From positions 2,240,001 to 2,304,000 of the forward strand of contig CAUVXB020000001.1 in NCBI GenBank assembly GCA_963555825.3: DNA of 64,000 nucleotides, given 5' to 3'. Both the position numbers and the translations under genes were made by a program. The number at the start of each line of letters is the position of its first letter. Position 1 is the first letter of the stretch. Positions 59,653-64,000 of the stretch are shown here, piece after piece. The DNA is from Alphaproteobacteria bacterium (GTDB taxonomy: Bacteria > Pseudomonadota > Alphaproteobacteria > JAAXGF01). Below the pieces are notes generated by a model. That model did no database searches. It worked only from the letters and a program-made list of their open reading frames with translations, and was not told where the DNA came from.

Positions 59653-62004
59653 ATGAGCATCGAGCAACACGCGCTCTCCAAGCTGCTCGAACCCGGGTTG
59701 GCTCCATTCGTGCCCGGCCTCGAGCGTCACCGCGCGCTGGGCGGCGGCGTCTGCGTCGTTTCGCTGGCGCCGGGCGACACAGTCGCGCTGACCGACCTCG
59801 AAGGCGGCCAGCGCTGTGAGGTCGTCGTGCTGGGCGTTGACGGCGGCGAGGATTTCGGCGCGCTGGGCCTCGCCGCGGGCGAACCGGCGCGCGGGCTCGC
59901 CGCGCTGGTCGGCGACGGCGGTGGCGATGGCCGGATGGTCGCCCAGGCGCTTGCGGCGGCCGGGCTCGAGCCCGGCGCGGTCAACGCGTCGGTGTTGTTC
60001 GGCGACGGCACGCCGGCCGGCGAGACCGTCTCGTTGACCGCCGATCGGGCCGCGCTGTGCATCGTCGGCGCGCCGGGAGGGCCGATGCGGGTCGACCAAC
60101 AGGACCCGCCGACCGCGATCCGGATCACGGTGCAACGTGCGACAGTCGATGCCATGATCGGGCGACCGCTGCCGCCGCCGCTGGCCGATGCGCGCCTCGA
60201 CAGCCGGATCCACAAGGCGACCGCCCAGGCTTACGAGGTCAAGGCCGGCGAGTTCGTCCAGGTAATCGACGTCGACGGTCGAGAGTGTTCCGACTTTCAG
60301 GTGTTTCACCTGGGCGATCTCGAGCGCGGCATCGAACGTGAACTCGACGCCACGACGACGCGCTACATCATGGGCGCGCTCTATCCGGGGCCCGGCCTCT
60401 TCTCGAAATTCTACGACGCCGCCCAGCGCCCGCTGGTCGAGGTCATCCGCGACACCTGCGGCCGGCACGACACATTCGGCCTCGCCTGCACCGCCAAGTA
60501 CTACGACGACATGGGTTATCCGGGCCACGTCAACTGTTCGGACAACTACAACGCGGCGCTGGCGCCTTACGGCATCGCGCCGCGCAAGGGCTGGATGGCG
60601 ATCAACTTCTTCTACAACACGATGGCGGATGCGGCGACCAACGCCATCCACTTCGACGAGCCGTGGTCGCGTCCCGGCGATTACGTGCTGATGCGCGCGC
60701 TGACCGATCTGGTGTGCGTCGCGTCGGCCTGTCCCGACGACATCGACCCGGCCAACGCGTGGAACCCGACCGATATTCATGTCCGGGTCTACACGGCAAA
60801 GAACATCTTCTCCAAAGCGATTGCATACAGAATGACCACTGACGCCGAACCCCAACTGACGCGCGAGACCGCGTTCCACACGCGGACCTCGGCGCTGACC
60901 CGCAACTTCGTCGAATACAACGGCTATTGGCTGGCGACGCGCTTCACCAATCACGGCGCCGTCGCGGAGTACCACGCCTGCCGCGAGGCTGCCGCGGTGA
61001 TGGATCTCTCGCCGCTGCGCAAGTTCGAGGTGCTCGGACCCGACGCCGAGGAACTTCTGCAGCGCACGCTGACGCGCAACGTGCTGAAGATCGCGGTCGG
61101 CCAGGTCTCTTATTCCGCGCTGTGCAACGAGACCGGCGGCATGCTCGACGACGGCACGCTGTTCCGCCTCGGCCAGGACAATTTCCGCTGGATCGGCGGC
61201 TCGGACTACGGCGGCATCTGGCTGCGCGAACAGGCCGCGAAGATGGGTCTCAAGGTCTGGGTCAGGAACTCGACCGACCAGTTGCACAATCTCGCGGTCC
61301 AGGGGCCGAAGAGCCGCGACATCCTCAAACAATTCGTCTGGACGCCGCCGGCCCAGCCGACGCTCGACGAACTCGGCTGGTTCCGCTTCGCGATCGGCCG
61401 CATCGGCGATTACGACGGCATTCCGGTTCTGGTGTCACGGACCGGCTACACCGGCGAGCTGGGCTACGAGATATGGTGCCATCCCAAGGACGCGGTCGCG
61501 CTGTGGGACGCCGTCTGGCAGGCCGGCGCGCCGCATGGCCTGGCACCGATGGGCCTCGACGCGCTCGACATTCTGCGCATCGAGGCGGGGCTCATTTTCG
61601 CCGGTCACGAGTTCGACGACCAGACCGATCCGTTCGAGGCCGGCATCGGCTTCGCCGTCGCGTTGCAGGCGAAGGCCAACGAGGATTACATCGGCAAGGA
61701 GGCGCTGACGCGCCGCAAGGCGCACCCGAGCCGGACACTCGTCGGTCTCGAGCTCGCGGGCAACGAGCCGGCGGCCCATGGCGACCCGGTCCATGTCGGG
61801 CGCAGCCAGGTCGGCGTCGTCACCAGCGCTATGCGCTCGCCGATCCTGCGCAAGAACATCGCGCTCTGCCGCATGGCGGTGGAGCATGCCGCGCTCGGCA
61901 CGGCGGTCGAGGTCGGCAAGCTCGACGGCCACCAAATACGCCTCCCCGCGACCGTCGTGCGCCTGCCCTTCTACGACCCCGAGAAGACGCGTGTGCGCGC
62001 CTGA
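59653..62004 (+). CDS. tdm: DUF1989 + GcvT fusion, probable trimethylamine-N-oxide demethylase
   Basis: RHDTFGLAC-x12-H-x2-C ... ACPDDID metal motif followed by an aminomethyltransferase domain (DLSPLRKF, SRTGYTGELGYE). Confidence 0.78.
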   Translation: MSIEQHALSKLLEPGLAPFVPGLERHRALGGGVCVVSLAPGDTVALTDLEGGQRCEVVVLGVDGGEDFGALGLAAGEPARGLAALVGDGGGDGRMVAQALAAAGLEPGAVNASVLFGDGTPAGETVSLTADRAALCIVGAPGGPMRVDQQDPPTAIRITVQRATVDAMIGRPLPPPLADARLDSRIHKATAQAYEVKAGEFVQVIDVDGRECSDFQVFHLGDLERGIERELDATTTRYIMGALYPGPGLFSKFYDAAQRPLVEVIRDTCGRHDTFGLACTAKYYDDMGYPGHVNCSDNYNAALAPYGIAPRKGWMAINFFYNTMADAATNAIHFDEPWSRPGDYVLMRALTDLVCVASACPDDIDPANAWNPTDIHVRVYTAKNIFSKAIAYRMTTDAEPQLTRETAFHTRTSALTRNFVEYNGYWLATRFTNHGAVAEYHACREAAAVMDLSPLRKFEVLGPDAEELLQRTLTRNVLKIAVGQVSYSALCNETGGMLDDGTLFRLGQDNFRWIGGSDYGGIWLREQAAKMGLKVWVRNSTDQLHNLAVQGPKSRDILKQFVWTPPAQPTLDELGWFRFAIGRIGDYDGIPVLVSRTGYTGELGYEIWCHPKDAVALWDAVWQAGAPHGLAPMGLDALDILRIEAGLIFAGHEFDDQTDPFEAGIGFAVALQAKANEDYIGKEALTRRKAHPSRTLVGLELAGNEPAAHGDPVHVGRSQVGVVTSAMRSPILRKNIALCRMAVEHAALGTAVEVGKLDGHQIRLPATVVRLPFYDPEKTRVRA

Positions 62005-62119
62005 TCCGAACCATCGATTCTAAAAAATCGCCTCGCGGGTGAAGACGCAGTATTCTTCGCGCCGGGCCATGCGGGAAGGCCCGCCCGAGCGCCGGGAATT
62101 GTCAAAAAAGTAGCCAGAC

Positions 62120-62665
62120 ATGTTGCAAACCATTGCCACTTTCCTCTTTCCCATGGCACTTCTCTACGCCGGCACGCGTGACTTGATGAGTTACGAGATT
62201 CCCAACTGGGTGTCGCTCGCAATGATCGCGGTCTTTCTTGTCGCGGCGTTCGCCGGATCGTTTCGCCTCGCCGACATCGGCTGGCATCTCGCCGCCGGCG
62301 CCGCGGTCCTCGCGGTCGGCTTCATCCTGTTCGCCGCCAAGATTTTCGGCGGCGGAGACGCTAAACTGTTGGCCGCCTGCGCCGTATGGATCGGCTGGAC
62401 GGGTTTGTTTAAGTTTTTCATATTCGTCGCGCTGATTGGCGGTGTATTCGCGCTCGCTCTCATTGTTTTTCGGCGGCTGACCCTGCCCGATTCTTGGACG
62501 AAGAGACGCTGGATTCGGCGGCTTCACGACCGAAAGGGTGGCATTCCCTATGGTGTCGCAATCGGTTTGGGCGGGATTTTGATGGTGCCGGAACTGCCCC
62601 TGTACGCCCATGCGATACGGCCCGTATCCGCTGTTATCCAAGGGATTCAGCCGTTTATGGCATGA
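62120..62665 (+). CDS. cpaA: Prepilin peptidase CpaA/TadV (A24)
   Basis: D..SYEIPN, GGGDAKL, IPYGVAI. Confidence 0.9.
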   Translation: MLQTIATFLFPMALLYAGTRDLMSYEIPNWVSLAMIAVFLVAAFAGSFRLADIGWHLAAGAAVLAVGFILFAAKIFGGGDAKLLAACAVWIGWTGLFKFFIFVALIGGVFALALIVFRRLTLPDSWTKRRWIRRLHDRKGGIPYGVAIGLGGILMVPELPLYAHAIRPVSAVIQGIQPFMA

Positions 62666-62817
62666 TGTTGATTAATTCACTAGATGCTTCGCTTACGTCT
62701 CCTTAGCGATTGAATCGGTTGACGTTTCGGTATGTCGCACGCATAATCGCCACGGCTGGGGGGCGTAGTGCGGCCAAAGTGTGGCACGCATCGCTCGATT
62801 TTTGATTAGGGTTCAGC

Positions 62818-64000
62818 ATGCGTATAGCCGCCATTGTAATCATAGTAGTCGCTCTGGCTATTACCGGGCTCGTCTTCTTTCTTTTGAGCGGCTTCCTGGA
62901 TGAAAAGGCGGTAGGCCCGTCTACCGAGGCGCCGGCGGAGCCGGCCGTGCAGGTCGTCGTCGCAATGTTCAATCTGCCGGCCGGTAAGGTGCTGGTGCCC
63001 GAAGACCTCAAGTAGCAGCCGTGGCCCGCCAAGGCGGTCGACGAAAACTACGTCATCCAGCGCGATGGTCAGGGCGCCGAAAAGCTCAAGGAACTCGCCG
63101 GCACCGTGGTCAAGCGCGGCATTCTGATTGGCGAGCCGGTGACCTATGGGAAGGTATTCCGGCGCAACCAGGCGGGCTTCCTTTCCGGCATGCTGACGCC
63201 CGGCAAGCGCGCCATCAGCGTACCGATTTCTCCATTGAACGCTGGCGCCGGGTTCATTCTGCCCGGCGACCGGGTCGATGTGATGTTGCAGCTCCGGGTC
63301 GCCGAAGATTCGGCACAGGGCGCCGGAACCAATCGCGACTACAGCGAGACGATCCTCGAGGACGTGCGCGTCCTCGCCATCGACCAGAACCTCAATGACG
63401 TCCCCGAGGGTTCGGTAGCGCAAGTCGGCGGAGCCGCGACCCTCGAGGTGACGCCCAAAGAGGCCGAAATACTGACCGTCGCCAAGGTGATGGGTACGAT
63501 GTCGCTGGTCCTGCGCAGCCTGACGCCGGGCGACGTCGCGCAACGCGACAAGCTGTACACCAGCGACCTCGAGGTCAGCCGATCGATCAGCCGCAGCTCG
63601 ATGCCGGATGCGGTACAGGTGCTGGCCGCCGGCCGCGACCTCGAGCCCGGCACGCTTTTGCGCGCGCGCGACGTCGTCTGGACCGTGGTACCGCGGCAGG
63701 TCGTGCAAAGCGGCTACTACGTCAAGGGCCGCGCCTCAGTCAGCGATCTTTATGGCGCGCTCGTCACCGCACCGGCGGCGAACGGTGTGCCGTTCGACGC
63801 CGCCAACACGATGGTCCCGTCCGAGCCGGGCTTCCTCACCAAGGTGCTCGCCCCCGGCATGCGCGGGATTAGCGTAACGGTCAACGACGTGACCGGCGTC
63901 GCGGGCTATATCGTGGCGGGAGACCGGGTCGACGTGCTCATGACGCACGAAATCGAAGACCTGGTCGATGATCCCATCTTGACGCCTCGGCGTTTTACCG
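62818..64000 (+). pseudogene. cpaB: Flp pilus assembly protein CpaB with tandem modules; in-frame TAG at 63013-63015; runs off the window
   Basis: SAF-like VVVA..LPAG..L..EDLK*QPWP, then PGKRAISV..GFILPGDRVDV; second PGMRGISV..GYIVAGDRVDV. Confidence 0.82.

Noticed and set aside
63013-63015. Programmed amber readthrough (pyrrolysine)
   Set aside because: The position corresponds to an expected Trp one base away, and no pyl genes are in the window.

Overview
GC-rich alphaproteobacterial chromosome segment; gene content and order look Rhodospirillales-like (inference). The backbone is housekeeping: rpmE-rpmH-rnpA-yidD-yidC-engB-argB-dapD-dapE, truA-fmt-def, rmuC, recR-ybaB-dnaX-ffs-nudC and cytochrome c-kdsB-pheA. 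Catabolic genes include a Mo-oxidoreductase, UPF0280 plus two DUF1185 genes, an enamidase-like hydrolase, a Liv-type ABC transporter, a soxBDAG/mgd-like operon, a probable TMAO demethylase, and the start of a Tad/Cpa pilus locus. The unusual material is the mobile and repetitive DNA. (1) A lower-GC decaying island (~34.0-39.6 kb) holds a tyrosine recombinase and a cfa-like gene broken by an IS630 relic and by a 755-bp cassette lacking an intact transposase. The cassette has perfect 43-bp terminal inverted repeats, an 8-bp target duplication, a passenger ORF and NrdR-box-like palindromes in both ends. (2) A degenerate duplicate of the livF 3' end brackets that island. (3) There are four unrelated families of small palindromic or MITE-like elements, one with an IS1182 inserted exactly in a hairpin loop. 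(4) An IS1380 relic end appears to supply the start codon of an orphan hflK. Odd proteins: a caspase-like protein lacking both catalytic residues, and a tandem double-module CpaB with an in-frame TAG. All calls are by eye from sequence motifs; no database searches were run.
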